Source of the DNA: Verrucomicrobiales bacterium
GTDB taxonomy: Bacteria > Verrucomicrobiota > Verrucomicrobiia > Verrucomicrobiales > SLCJ01
Assembly: GCA_046075565.1 (NCBI GenBank)
Contig: JBJTQJ010000030.1
Location: 1 to 64,000, forward strand
Length of the DNA: 64,000 nt
Reading direction: 5' to 3'
Shown here in pieces: positions 29,580 to 39,694 of this stretch. The notes beneath the pieces were generated by a model that did not search any database, was not told the DNA's origin, and worked only from the letters and a program-made list of their open reading frames with translations. The position numbers and the translations under genes were made by a program. The first letter of the stretch is position 1, and every line of letters starts with the position of its first letter.

Positions 29580-32438
29580 TCAGGGTGGATCGCGCTTTTC
29601 GGGAACCGGTGAATCTTCACCTTGAATCCATCCCCGGAGAGCTGGAACGAAGCGGTGGTAGAATAGCCCCAGAAGCAACAGGCAGAGACCCAGCACGATG
29701 AACGAGACCACCCGCGTGAAGGCCGTGAACTCCCAAACATCAACCGCGAACACTTTGACTAGCGCGAGCAGAATGAGCAAGAATCCGCAAACCCGCAGGG
29801 TGAGGAACCTCAGCCACAGCCCGGCGCTGACCAGACTGAATCCAAGCACCGACCAGGTAACAGTCACCGGACGCCATCCCCCGAGCATGTGCGTGACCCG
29901 GGTTGCATAGACTGCCGCGAGAATGGAAAAAAGAGTTCCGAGCACGTAACGAAGTGAAGTTGAAGAAGTAAGGGCGAGGGCTCCCCACGCGGCGACCGAT
30001 CCCCATCCACGCCAATCCTCGGGTGTATTGAGCCCCCGGGGAGCGACCTCTACGGAAAGATTTCCCCACCAGAAAAGGCCGATGGCAGCGAGCGCATTCG
30101 CTTCGACGGGAGGCATACGGTTGAGAGCGCGAGCCACGATGATGGGAATCAAGGCGCTGAAGGCCAACCAATCGCCGTAGTGGGTGGGGTTCCAAAGTTT
30201 CCATGCGAGCACGTAAGCTGCCAGAAGAGCGATTCGCTGGAGCACCGAGAAAACCATCGCATCGGCTTTTGTTAGGCAGGTGGTGAAGCCGGGCACGAGG
30301 AATGCCCCGAATCCGCCGGCGATGATGCCGGTGAGCGCGAAAGTGGCAGCGGGTGTCATATCCGCGACGGTCGCACGCCAGACGGCGAAGAGGGCGGCAA
30401 CCGAACCGGCGGCTGCCAACGGGCCGACCCGCGTCAAACGTGCCAGCGCGAGAAAGACGAGACCGGCTCCGGCCATGCAGAAGACCTCGGCCGGTGCCGA
30501 CCATGCCAGCGCATCACATCCCATGGCCAAAGCACATGCTGAGAGAATGGGGGCCGGCCAATAACCGGCATTCGAGTTGATATCGGCGGTGTTATCTTGC
30601 CTGCGGCTCCATGCCAGACACAACAACAAATATCCAAGTGCTGTCAGCGACTTTTCTATCGGTCCGGCGGGAAATAAGAAGATGGCGAATCCGCCCAGCC
30701 CCATCCAGAGAAGGGAACCGAAAGCAGGCTCGGGCCAGCGGCATTTCGGGTCGAAGCGGAAAGACGCGACGGCCATGCTGGCGGCAAGTCCCGCGGCGGT
30801 GACCGCCTGCCATGATTCCGGGACACGGAAATGCCAGACGGTGATACCTCCGATCATGGCCAAAGCGAAAACCATTCCCGCGTAGCCGCGCCCGGTCCAA
30901 AGAAGATCGGAATCCACATTTTCTTCCTTGGCTTGTGTGGATGCGTGGTTGAGCACAAGCGAGGCGGTTGCCAACAGAAGGCATGCCAGCGCACCCGACC
31001 ACAGCGGCATCATGAATGATTCTCTGTCCGATACCGTGCCCATGACTAACAAAGCCGCCGTTCCCAGAGCTGCCAGAAGGGAAAAGTGCATTTCCACTCG
31101 CGTGCGGAAACGAGCGAAGACGAGAGCGAGGGCAAGCGATTCCACGGCGAGACCGATGGCGATATGCCAGCCATCGAGTTTGAGAACAAGGGCCAGGCTC
31201 AGACATGCAATACCTTGGGTGACACCGGCTTCCGAACCCTTCTGGCGGCGGACCCGTCCCAGCGCTCCAAGCCCGAGGAAAAGCAACCCGACGCCCGAGC
31301 AAGCGAGCCAGTAGTCATCATGACGCGAAGGTTTCGCCAGCCAGAAGAGGCTGAAAAGAACGAAGAAGGCGGCATTGTTGATCGCCGTGAATCTCGCGCG
31401 TGAGATCGGCGACCATTCGGCTTTGAGTCCGGGAAAGACATCCGGCAGGGCAAAAAGCAACCAGACGAAGGGAAGGAACGACAATGGCGTGTCGTTCGCG
31501 CCCTGGCGGCCCAACACCATCAACTGCCAGCCTACGAATGAAAAGTAGCTGGCCAAAAGCGAAATCCATCCCGGCATTTGCCAACCGGGTCGGGTCATGA
31601 AAAACAAACCGGCTCCCGCGATGAAGATAGAGGATAGGCAGGACAGCCAGCCAAGCGGTTGCAACATGACCGCATACGAAGCCATGCTCAGACCGAGCAT
31701 GGCGGTGGCCTTCGCCCGCCGCAGCCATGAAACTCCGGCCACAATGCCCGCGGCGGCGGCGAGCAGCGTTGCGGCCAAAATGGGATTGCTGATCACTTTG
31801 AGGCGATCGACATGGTGCGCCGCGAAAACACAATAATAGAAGAATGCGAGACCGCCGGCGGCCACGACCTCGCCGAAAGCGGCGAGATTCACACGCTTTG
31901 CCAGCCGACGGCCGGTCTCGAAAAGAGTTACCGAACAGAAGAGCAGTCCCGCCAACCGCGTGCCATTCGCGAGCTCACGGATCCAGTTCTGATAGGCGTA
32001 ATTGCCGAGCAGAACCAATCCCGTGATCACCAGGCCCATGCCGAGGCGAACGAGCCAAACGCGCCCGAACTGCATCTCAAGAGAGCTATCGTTGTCTTCC
32101 CGCGGCTTGATCGCCGGTTCGGCTGTGTTCGCCGCTTTTTGGTCATCTGCCTCCAATGCCACCGGCGGAAGAGGCGGCGGCACAGGCGTAGGATCCGCCG
32201 GGGAGGACCATGACTCCTTCTCTGGAGGATCAATGGGCGGGGCAATGGGTGCGGTCGGAGCTAGCTTGGGCCGGGGCGGGAGGTCGGACGCAACAGGCGG
32301 CTCGTTTTTCGATTCGTCTTGGTTCGCGGATTGCAGTTCCTCGATGCGGCTGCGCAGGGATTTGATTCCGGCAACCATGGTGGACTCCAACGCATCTAGG
32401 CGCTGGACCAGCGTTTCGATTTCCCGGGTTTGGTTCAT
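29580..32438 (-). CDS. DUF2339 family large membrane protein
   Basis: N-terminal coiled coil, Pro-rich linker, LEMQFGRVWLVRLG, many TMs and C-terminal KVFAVDV...RVVSFIVLG. Confidence 0.85.
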   Translation of the reverse strand: MNQTREIETLVQRLDALESTMVAGIKSLRSRIEELQSANQDESKNEPPVASDLPPRPKLAPTAPIAPPIDPPEKESWSSPADPTPVPPPLPPVALEADDQKAANTAEPAIKPREDNDSSLEMQFGRVWLVRLGMGLVITGLVLLGNYAYQNWIRELANGTRLAGLLFCSVTLFETGRRLAKRVNLAAFGEVVAAGGLAFFYYCVFAAHHVDRLKVISNPILAATLLAAAAGIVAGVSWLRRAKATAMLGLSMASYAVMLQPLGWLSCLSSIFIAGAGLFFMTRPGWQMPGWISLLASYFSFVGWQLMVLGRQGANDTPLSFLPFVWLLFALPDVFPGLKAEWSPISRARFTAINNAAFFVLFSLFWLAKPSRHDDYWLACSGVGLLFLGLGALGRVRRQKGSEAGVTQGIACLSLALVLKLDGWHIAIGLAVESLALALVFARFRTRVEMHFSLLAALGTAALLVMGTVSDRESFMMPLWSGALACLLLATASLVLNHASTQAKEENVDSDLLWTGRGYAGMVFALAMIGGITVWHFRVPESWQAVTAAGLAASMAVASFRFDPKCRWPEPAFGSLLWMGLGGFAIFLFPAGPIEKSLTALGYLLLCLAWSRRQDNTADINSNAGYWPAPILSACALAMGCDALAWSAPAEVFCMAGAGLVFLALARLTRVGPLAAAGSVAALFAVWRATVADMTPAATFALTGIIAGGFGAFLVPGFTTCLTKADAMVFSVLQRIALLAAYVLAWKLWNPTHYGDWLAFSALIPIIVARALNRMPPVEANALAAIGLFWWGNLSVEVAPRGLNTPEDWRGWGSVAAWGALALTSSTSLRYVLGTLFSILAAVYATRVTHMLGGWRPVTVTWSVLGFSLVSAGLWLRFLTLRVCGFLLILLALVKVFAVDVWEFTAFTRVVSFIVLGLCLLLLGLFYHRFVPALRGWIQGEDSPVPEKRDPP

Positions 32439-32772
32439 GGTCGGGAGGCGGGCGGCAGTCGGTGCCCGACTCCTAAGATGGGACGTCAGCGGGCGGTCGG
32501 CAAGCCCGCGAACCCGGCATTCCCAATCAAGAGGGGATTTTCAGACTTCGGATGTAGTTTGCCGCCTAGTCATGGTTCGGGGGCGCGACGCGTGGTCGAT
32601 TTCGCGGATTTTTGCCGAAGTTTGCGAATTTTTCTAGAATTTCCGGCATTTTCCGAGCCAAGTTCACAAAAATTTGCTTAAATTTCATATTTCCCATATA
32701 CACCGCACTGACCGGGCGGTGTCCAAGAAATCCCCGGCACAAGCATTTAAGATTTACCAACCAACCAAAACA

Positions 32773-33458
32773 ATGACCCCCTCGAACGAAAATGCCACGG
32801 ACAGCGCCGAACTGGAAGAAAAGCCGGCCATCAACCTGACCAGACTCGTCAATGAGTTCACTGCGAAGGAGGAGAGTGCTTCGCCGACCGTCGTGGCCCG
32901 CGCTCCAGTTACCTACAAGTCCCGCCCGACGAACGCGCCTGCCGGTTCTGGGAAAAAGAAAAAGAAGGCCACCCGGTCGAACCGGGCGACGCACTCGAGC
33001 AGCGGGCAGGGTTCGTGGGGTGGTCGCATTGCCGTCGCGGTGGTATGGATTGTGACCCTTGGGACCGGTGGAGGGATCTGGGCTTACCATAACATTACCG
33101 AATTCCGGGCGAGATTCGACATGGCTGCGAAGAAATACCTTCCCAATGAAAGCAGAGTCTGACGGAAAAACTCGCCGAGCCCTAGAAAGAGTCCATGGCG
33201 AAGATCGAGGCGCGCGGGTCGAGTCTGGAAGAAGCCAGCAAGGCCATGGGCGCCGATTTAACCAAAAAATCAACGCCCGAGGACGACGCACACTTCGAAG
33301 CACAGCTTGCGGCCATGAGCGGGGAGAAGTCGAACGTCGCCGTCGAGAGAAACAAGCGTATGAAAGACAAATTCGGAGGTGCGGGCGAGCTTGATTTGAC
33401 CAAAGAACGCGAAGCTCTCGCGCATCGGAAAGAAGAGGCCGCGAAGAAAGAACCGTAA
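32773..33458 (+). pseudogene. Single-TM hypothetical protein split by a frameshift (~33150) and an in-frame TAG (33183-33185)
   Basis: ORF 32773..33162 (Lys patch, TM) joins ORF 33195..33458 if one A is added at AAT GAA AGC, giving NE-KQSLTEKLAEP*KESMAKIEARG. Confidence 0.6.
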
Positions 33459-33515
33459 GCGGGCGGTTGTTTTCTTGGATATCCCGTCGGCGGGTTCCCC
33501 GCGGATCCGCCGGCT

Positions 33516-34433
33516 TTATTCCTCCCAAGTCTGGGAGCGATCCCCTTCGGAGCGTGGTTCCAGGTGGGAAATAATGCGGGCGGCGGATTCAAGGTGTGCG
33601 TTTAGCGTGCTTTCAATTTCGGTTGCCCATGTGTGGGCCGATTCGATGCTCGTGCCATCTGGAAAGACGAGATGCACCTCAACCCAGTGCGTGCGCCCGG
33701 TGTTCCGGTATCGAAGCTGGTGGAATTGGAGGCCGCGGGCCGCGCATTCTTTCTCCAGAATCTCGCGCACCTTTTTCTCCACCACGGGATCGGACGCGTC
33801 CATGAGCCCGTTCATGCTGCGTTGGACGAGTTTGCCACCGGTCCAGAGGATGTTGAGCGCGACCAGAATGGCCGAGAGGGGATCCCAGAATGTATTTCCC
33901 GTCCAGAGCACCAATTGCAAGCCTAACAAAACACCGACACTTGTTTTCACATCGGTCAAAATGTGCTGGCCGTTCGCTTCGAGGAGAATGGAACGTTGCC
34001 TCCGGCCGATCACGATGAGGCTGATTGCCAGGACGGTATTGATTGCGGTTGATGTGATCGTCAGGTAGATGCCGAGTTTCAAATCCTCGATATGAGGGCC
34101 AACCCACCAGCTCCGGAAGCCTTCATAGAGGATCAGGCAGGCCGCCGCCGAGATCATCGCCCCTTCGAATCCGGCGGATAGGTATTCGGCCTTATCGTGA
34201 CCGTAGTGGTGTGTTTCGTCCGCGGGTTTGGCGGCGATGCGCAGGCTGTAGGACGCGAATATGACTGCCAACAGATGAACGACCGACTCGGCCGCGTCGC
34301 TGTAAATCGCCGACGACCCGGTGCGTGCCGCCGCCCACAATTTGATGGCCAGAAGAAATATCCCGACCGCGAGCGAGGCATTCATCGCCCGTATGAGGAT
34401 TTTGTCCTCGCGGTTGGGGATGGAACGTGTCAT
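33516..34433 (-). CDS. Cation diffusion facilitator (FieF-like) transporter
   Basis: SDAAES, KPADETHHYGHDKAEY, HILTD, LMD and a C-terminal cytosolic domain with HLEP. Confidence 0.92.
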   Translation of the reverse strand: MTRSIPNREDKILIRAMNASLAVGIFLLAIKLWAAARTGSSAIYSDAAESVVHLLAVIFASYSLRIAAKPADETHHYGHDKAEYLSAGFEGAMISAAACLILYEGFRSWWVGPHIEDLKLGIYLTITSTAINTVLAISLIVIGRRQRSILLEANGQHILTDVKTSVGVLLGLQLVLWTGNTFWDPLSAILVALNILWTGGKLVQRSMNGLMDASDPVVEKKVREILEKECAARGLQFHQLRYRNTGRTHWVEVHLVFPDGTSIESAHTWATEIESTLNAHLESAARIISHLEPRSEGDRSQTWEE

Positions 34434-34460
34434 CACGCGCTGGTGCAACGGGAATCTGGA

Positions 34461-35120
34461 TCACGTTTCGACGGGAAGGCGTTCGTTGTCAAGTCGCCGC
34501 ACCAAGGCCGGGATCAATGCCCTCGAAAACGACTCCCTTGTCACCGCATGCGGGCTTTCGGAGTTCAGGCAAGTCATCGAGACGCCGTCCAGTCCGCACG
34601 GCGTGATGGTCTGGAATCCTCGTAATGCCTCCGTTGTTAGGTTGATTCCGAAGCCATGCAGCGTGACCCACTGGCGCACTCCCACGCCAATGCTCGCGAG
34701 TTTCCGATCCCCGACCCACACCCCCGTCATACCCTCTCGAGTTGCCGCGCGGACCTCGAAGACGGAGCAGGCGTCGATGAGGGAATTCTCCAGCAGCCGC
34801 AACCACCGGTGCAGGTCGCGTCCATAGGGCGCCAGATCGGCGATGAGATACCCGGTGAGCTGTCCCGGCCCGTGGTAGGTGGCTTTTCCCCCGCGCCCGA
34901 TCACATGAACGGGGTGGGGGAGGAACTCGGGAGAGCGCAGGCTGGATTGGTCGCCGGTGCGCCCGATGGTGTAAACCGGTTCGTGTTCGAGGAGAATGAG
35001 CGTGTCCCGGGCTTGGCCGGCCCTCCGCCGTGCATGCAGATCCTCCTGCGCCGCCAGTCCCGCTTCGTAGGCGACCAGTCCGGGATAGTCCTCAATAGCA
35101 AATGGGCACGCCGTGGGCAT
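34461..35120 (-). CDS. lipB: Lipoyl(octanoyl) transferase
   Basis: LEHEPVYTIG, RGGKATYHGPGQL, KLASIG, HGFGIN and ITPCGL. Confidence 0.96.
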   Translation of the reverse strand: MPTACPFAIEDYPGLVAYEAGLAAQEDLHARRRAGQARDTLILLEHEPVYTIGRTGDQSSLRSPEFLPHPVHVIGRGGKATYHGPGQLTGYLIADLAPYGRDLHRWLRLLENSLIDACSVFEVRAATREGMTGVWVGDRKLASIGVGVRQWVTLHGFGINLTTEALRGFQTITPCGLDGVSMTCLNSESPHAVTRESFSRALIPALVRRLDNERLPVET

Positions 35121-35319
35121 CAGGAGAAGCTACTCCGGTAGTTCGGGCCGCGCTAGCCCGCATATCCCACACTTTTCATGACGAGGTGCGGGGATTTCCC
35201 GGCGAGGACCTCGGCCCCAGATGTCACGCTGCCATTCCATTCCACTCCGGAGAAAAGTTGCCTTTTTGGCGTTCTTTTCTTGCCAGCGCGAACCGGGACG
35301 GATAAATCAGGCCATTACC

Positions 35320-36705
35320 ATGACACCCGAAACCGAACACACCCACCATGCGGGCGATGAATTCGAAGATCGCCCGGTTCCTGAGACGGCGCTAAAAGAC
35401 GGCAGATCCTTCTGGGGCATGTATGCCGGCGAACACACGGCCGGCACGGAATTCCTCATCGGCCCCATGTTCCTCGCCCAATGGGGAGTGGGCGGCTGGC
35501 AATTGATCCTCGGCCTCGTCTTCGGTAATCTCGCGGCCGTGCTCTCCTGGCGGTATATCACCGCGCCCATCGCCACCCGCGGGCGGCTAACCCTCTACCG
35601 GCAATTGGAAAACATCACCGGGCGAGGCCTTGTCTCGATTTACAACCTTGCCAATGGCGTGCTCTTCTGTTTCCTCGCCGGTTCCATGATCACCGTTTCG
35701 GCCACGGCATTTGGACCGATCTTTCCCAATATCAAAATGCCGGACTTCGCGACGGTCTATCCGACCGGTGTCACCTGGATTCTCCTCGTGCTGGCCATCG
35801 GCGCGCTCATGACCTTCGTTGCGGCCCGTGGTTACGGGCTTGTCGCGCGGGTCGGGCAGATCGCCGCTCCGTGGATGTTCCTGGTCTTTGTCGCCTGTGC
35901 CATGGTGACCATGGGTGAACTCGGAAACATGAACGTGATCGATGCCATCAAACCCATCGAAGGCGTCGAATCCAAGGTCGGTTTCTGGGGTGTCTTCTTT
36001 TTCGCATGGTTCTGCAATGCGGCCATGCATGTTGGCATGGGCGATTTGTCCGTGCTACGCTTCGCCCGGAAATCTTCCTTCGGCTGGGCCTCCTCGGCAG
36101 GCATGTATCTTGGCCACTGCATCGCCTGGCTCTGTGCTGGTATCCTGCTCGCCTACTGGGTTAGGGTCAAAGGAGCGGATCCTGCCACGGGGGCGCCCCT
36201 TGGCACGATGATCGATCACGCCACCGGTCTCGCGGGATTGACTTGTGTGGTGATTGCCGGTTGGACCACTGCAAACCCGACCCTTTACCGCGCCGGTCTC
36301 GCCTTCCAGAGCCTCTTCCCGAACATGGGCCGCGTCGCCGCCACCATTCTCGCCGGGGCCATCTGCACCATCGCGGGGATGTTCCCGAAACTGGCCATGA
36401 GTCTTCTCAACTTCGTCGGCATCTACGGCATGATCCTCTCGCCGATAGGCGCGGTCATTTTTGTCGATTTCTGGCTGCTGAAAAAAGCCGGGCTCAAACC
36501 CGAGTGGGCGCAAGTTACCGGCAAGACTTTCCACCCCGCCGCTTTCCTCGCCTGGGTGGTGCCGGTCGCTGGAGGCCTTTATGCCTATCAGGCCATGAAT
36601 CTTGTCGCCCCCACGTATGTGACCCTGCCAGTCTGGATATGCACCGGGCTTCTCTACTTCGCCCTCAGCAAGGTCTTCGCCCCATCCACCAACGCCCGTG
36701 CATGA
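35320..36705 (+). CDS. NCS1 / purine-cytosine permease family transporter
   Basis: About 12 TMs, GEHTAGTEF, CNAAMH and AGWTTANPTLYRAGLA. Confidence 0.8.
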   Translation: MTPETEHTHHAGDEFEDRPVPETALKDGRSFWGMYAGEHTAGTEFLIGPMFLAQWGVGGWQLILGLVFGNLAAVLSWRYITAPIATRGRLTLYRQLENITGRGLVSIYNLANGVLFCFLAGSMITVSATAFGPIFPNIKMPDFATVYPTGVTWILLVLAIGALMTFVAARGYGLVARVGQIAAPWMFLVFVACAMVTMGELGNMNVIDAIKPIEGVESKVGFWGVFFFAWFCNAAMHVGMGDLSVLRFARKSSFGWASSAGMYLGHCIAWLCAGILLAYWVRVKGADPATGAPLGTMIDHATGLAGLTCVVIAGWTTANPTLYRAGLAFQSLFPNMGRVAATILAGAICTIAGMFPKLAMSLLNFVGIYGMILSPIGAVIFVDFWLLKKAGLKPEWAQVTGKTFHPAAFLAWVVPVAGGLYAYQAMNLVAPTYVTLPVWICTGLLYFALSKVFAPSTNARA

Positions 36706-36727
36706 TCCCCAAACCTCCCATCCTCAC

Positions 36728-36898
36728 ATGAAAACCATTCTTTTTCCCCTTGGACTTGTCGCGCTCGGCCTCGTCATCGTGCCTCCGGCGCTTTTCATGA
36801 CCCGCACCCTGACCAACCTCGAAATGGTCAAGCACCTCATGCTGGTCGGCACGCTGCTCTGGTTTGGCACCGCGCCCTTCTGGATGAAGAAAACCTGA
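36728..36898 (+). CDS. Small 2-TM membrane protein (56 aa)
   Basis: MKTILFPLGLVALGLVIVPP...LMLVGTLLWFGTAPFWMKKT directly after the permease, with coding-like codon usage. Confidence 0.7.
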   Translation: MKTILFPLGLVALGLVIVPPALFMTRTLTNLEMVKHLMLVGTLLWFGTAPFWMKKT

Positions 36899-37045
36899 CT
36901 CTATTCCGCTTCCCGCCCGGTGAGCTGACGTCCCTGCCTTGATTCCGGTGCGAAACCGCCGGTCGTGCCTCCCCACCCCCGAAAATCGGAGCCACCGCGG
37001 CGAAAGCCGCTTTACGCGGCGCGGTGATCGCGTTTCTTTCCCGTC

Positions 37046-37546
37046 ATGCAAAACCGGGGATGTTTTTTAGCCATGGTGGTCGCGGGCACGGCCGCCCTCG
37101 TCCTCGGTTTGTCGTGGACCTTCTATTTTCTCCCGCGCTGGAAAAAGCTCCTCACTTCGAACCTGTGCCTCACCATCGAATTGCGCCTGGAATCATATCA
37201 ACGTCGATTCACCACGTGGCCGGATGGGGAAAACACCGACATCCTGCTTGCCTTGCGAGGGCGTAACCCCGATTCGCTGGTTTTCGTAAAAGACAGCGAT
37301 GGATTCCCGGTCGCCAACAACGCCTTCGTGGACCAATGGGAAACCCCACTCCGCTTCAATCGGGACACCTCTGGTGTGCCTCGTGCGATTTCCGCCGGAC
37401 CGAACAAACGCCATGGTGACGCGGATGACATCGACGCCACGGCCGCCCGCGGCGATGCGTTGAAACTCTACGGTTCGAACGATAAAATCCCGAAATTCGA
37501 ACCCGAAGCTCCCGCAGCCCCCGCGACTCCCGCACCCAAGCCCTGA
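37046..37546 (+). CDS. GspG-like (type II secretion pseudopilin C-terminal domain) protein
   Basis: N-terminal TM, then DQWETPL and [15 protein letters not shown], matching the DPWG...SxGPDG...DDI pattern. Confidence 0.65.
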   Translation: MQNRGCFLAMVVAGTAALVLGLSWTFYFLPRWKKLLTSNLCLTIELRLESYQRRFTTWPDGENTDILLALRGRNPDSLVFVKDSDGFPVANNAFVDQWETPLRFNRDTSGVPRAISAGPNKRHGDADDIDATAARGDALKLYGSNDKIPKFEPEAPAAPATPAPKP

Positions 37547-37563
37547 TCCCCCTCGCGACTCTC

Positions 37564-38358
37564 ATGCGCCACTATCTCGATCTTCTCCGCCATGTCCTTG
37601 ATAACGGCAGCCCGAAACAGGACCGAACCGGAACAGGCACGCTTTCGGTTTTCGGGGCGCAAACCCGCTACAACCTCGCCGATGGGTTCCCATTGCTGAC
37701 GACAAAGAAGCTGCACCTCCGCTCCATCATCCATGAATTGCTCTGGTTTTTGAAAGGCGAAACCAACACCCGTTATCTCAAGGAAAACAATGTGAGCATC
37801 TGGGACGAGTGGGCCGATGAAAATGGCGAACTCGGACCTGTCTATGGCAAACAATGGCGGTCGTGGGAAGCACCCGACGGACGTGTAATCGACCAAATCG
37901 CCGGAGTTGTGCAGTCATTGAAAACCAATCCCGATTCACGCCGCCACATCGTCTGTGCGTGGAATCCCGCGGATGTCCCGGCCATGGCCCTGCCGCCCTG
38001 CCATTTGTTGTTCCAGTTCAACGTCTGCGACGGACGCCTGTCCTGCCAGCTTTACCAGCGTTCCGCCGACATCTTTCTCGGAGTGCCTTTCAATATCGCG
38101 TCCTATGCTCTGCTCACCCACATGATGGCCCAGGTTACCGGCCTTCAGCCCGGCGACTTCGTCCACACTTTCGGTGATCTGCATTTGTATTCCAATCACG
38201 TCGAGCAGGCGAAACTCCAGCTCACCCGCGAGCCTCGGCCGCTTCCGCGCCTCTGGCTCAATCCAGACGTCAGCACCATCGATGGTTTCACCTTCGAAGA
38301 TATCCGCATCGACGACTACGACCCGCATCCGCACATCAAAGCTCCCGTTGCGGTGTAA
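37564..38358 (+). CDS. thyA: Thymidylate synthase
   Basis: [42 protein letters not shown] and terminal IKAPVAV; 264 aa. Confidence 0.98.
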   Translation: MRHYLDLLRHVLDNGSPKQDRTGTGTLSVFGAQTRYNLADGFPLLTTKKLHLRSIIHELLWFLKGETNTRYLKENNVSIWDEWADENGELGPVYGKQWRSWEAPDGRVIDQIAGVVQSLKTNPDSRRHIVCAWNPADVPAMALPPCHLLFQFNVCDGRLSCQLYQRSADIFLGVPFNIASYALLTHMMAQVTGLQPGDFVHTFGDLHLYSNHVEQAKLQLTREPRPLPRLWLNPDVSTIDGFTFEDIRIDDYDPHPHIKAPVAV

Positions 38359-38482
38359 GAGATGCTGGCTGGACCGGATCGAGGTTTCCAAACCAACCCG
38401 GGTTGCCCCGCTCCCAGAGAAGCCCCTTGGCAATCCCCGTGGCGGGAGTATCGTCTGACTCAATGCCGGTCCGGCCCGATTC

Positions 38483-39694
38483 ATGCAGAGCATCGTCATT
38501 GATAAGCCATACACCTTTATCCCTCCCCGGCTGAGTCGGTTCTGGCATCGCGTGGCGAGGATGATTCTGCCCGGGCTGCTGAGGAGAGAATACGGAATCG
38601 CGGTGGTGGAAGTGCAGGGTGCCGAGAAACTTAACTCGTCGATCGAGGCCGGACACGGTGTGATGATTGTGGGGAACCATTGCCGCCCCTGTGATCCGAT
38701 GGTTTTGGATACGCTGGCGGCGGAGGTGCGGCGACCATTCCATGTCATGGCCAGTTGGCATTTGTTCATGGTGAGCCGCTTCAAGAGATTTCTGCTGCCC
38801 AGAATCGGCGTCTTCAGTGTTTACCGGGAAGGCATGGACCGGGAATCCCTGAAGTGCGCGATCAGCTCGGTGGCCGATGGCGTGAATCCGCTGGTGATTT
38901 TTGTGGAAGGAATTGTCACGCGCAGCAATGACCGGCTGGTCAACTTCATGGATGGTCCGGCGTTCATTGCCAGAGCCGCAGCCAAGCAGCGGAAGCAAGG
39001 CAAAGTGGTCGTTCATCCGGTCTTCACCCGCTATTTTTTCGAGGGTGATTTGGAGGCGACCGTGGCACCGGTGCTCAAGGAAATCGAAACACGCTTGTCC
39101 TGGCAGGAAAACTCGCACCTTTCACTCCGGGAGAGAATCTCCAAGCTCGGCGATGCGCTCCTCACGCTGAAGGAAATCGAATATTTTGGCGAAGCACAAA
39201 CAGGCTCAAACGGCGAACGCTTGCCACGGCTAATCGAGCGCGTGCTGACACCGCTGGAGGACCAGTGGGCGGCGGGCCGTCATGACGGGGACACCATGGC
39301 GCGGGTCAAACGCCTGCGTTCCGCGATTCTCCCGGATCTCGTGAAAGGGGGCATTTCTGCCACCGAGAGGGCTGCACGCTGGCGTCATCTCGGGGATTTG
39401 TATCTCGTGCAACAACTTCATTGTTATCCGGTCGGTTATCTGGACAAACCGACAACAGAACGAATGCTCGAAACGGTGGAGCGTTTTGAGGAAGACCTAA
39501 CAGATGTTGCGCGGGGGCATTACCCTATCCGGGCGGTGATCACGGTTGGCGACCCCATCGAAGTCGGTGCGACCCGTGATCGTTCGCAGGAGGTGGATCC
39601 CGTCACCACCGCGATCCGGGAGCAGATGGAGGCGCTTCTTGAATCGACCAAGTCTCCGCACAAGATGCCAACGAAAGGAGTGGGACAACCATGA
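38483..39694 (+). CDS. PlsC-family glycerolipid acyltransferase with C-terminal extension
   Basis: NHCRPCD (HX4D), FSVYREG and IFVEG blocks. Confidence 0.85.
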   Translation: MQSIVIDKPYTFIPPRLSRFWHRVARMILPGLLRREYGIAVVEVQGAEKLNSSIEAGHGVMIVGNHCRPCDPMVLDTLAAEVRRPFHVMASWHLFMVSRFKRFLLPRIGVFSVYREGMDRESLKCAISSVADGVNPLVIFVEGIVTRSNDRLVNFMDGPAFIARAAAKQRKQGKVVVHPVFTRYFFEGDLEATVAPVLKEIETRLSWQENSHLSLRERISKLGDALLTLKEIEYFGEAQTGSNGERLPRLIERVLTPLEDQWAAGRHDGDTMARVKRLRSAILPDLVKGGISATERAARWRHLGDLYLVQQLHCYPVGYLDKPTTERMLETVERFEEDLTDVARGHYPIRAVITVGDPIEVGATRDRSQEVDPVTTAIREQMEALLESTKSPHKMPTKGVGQP

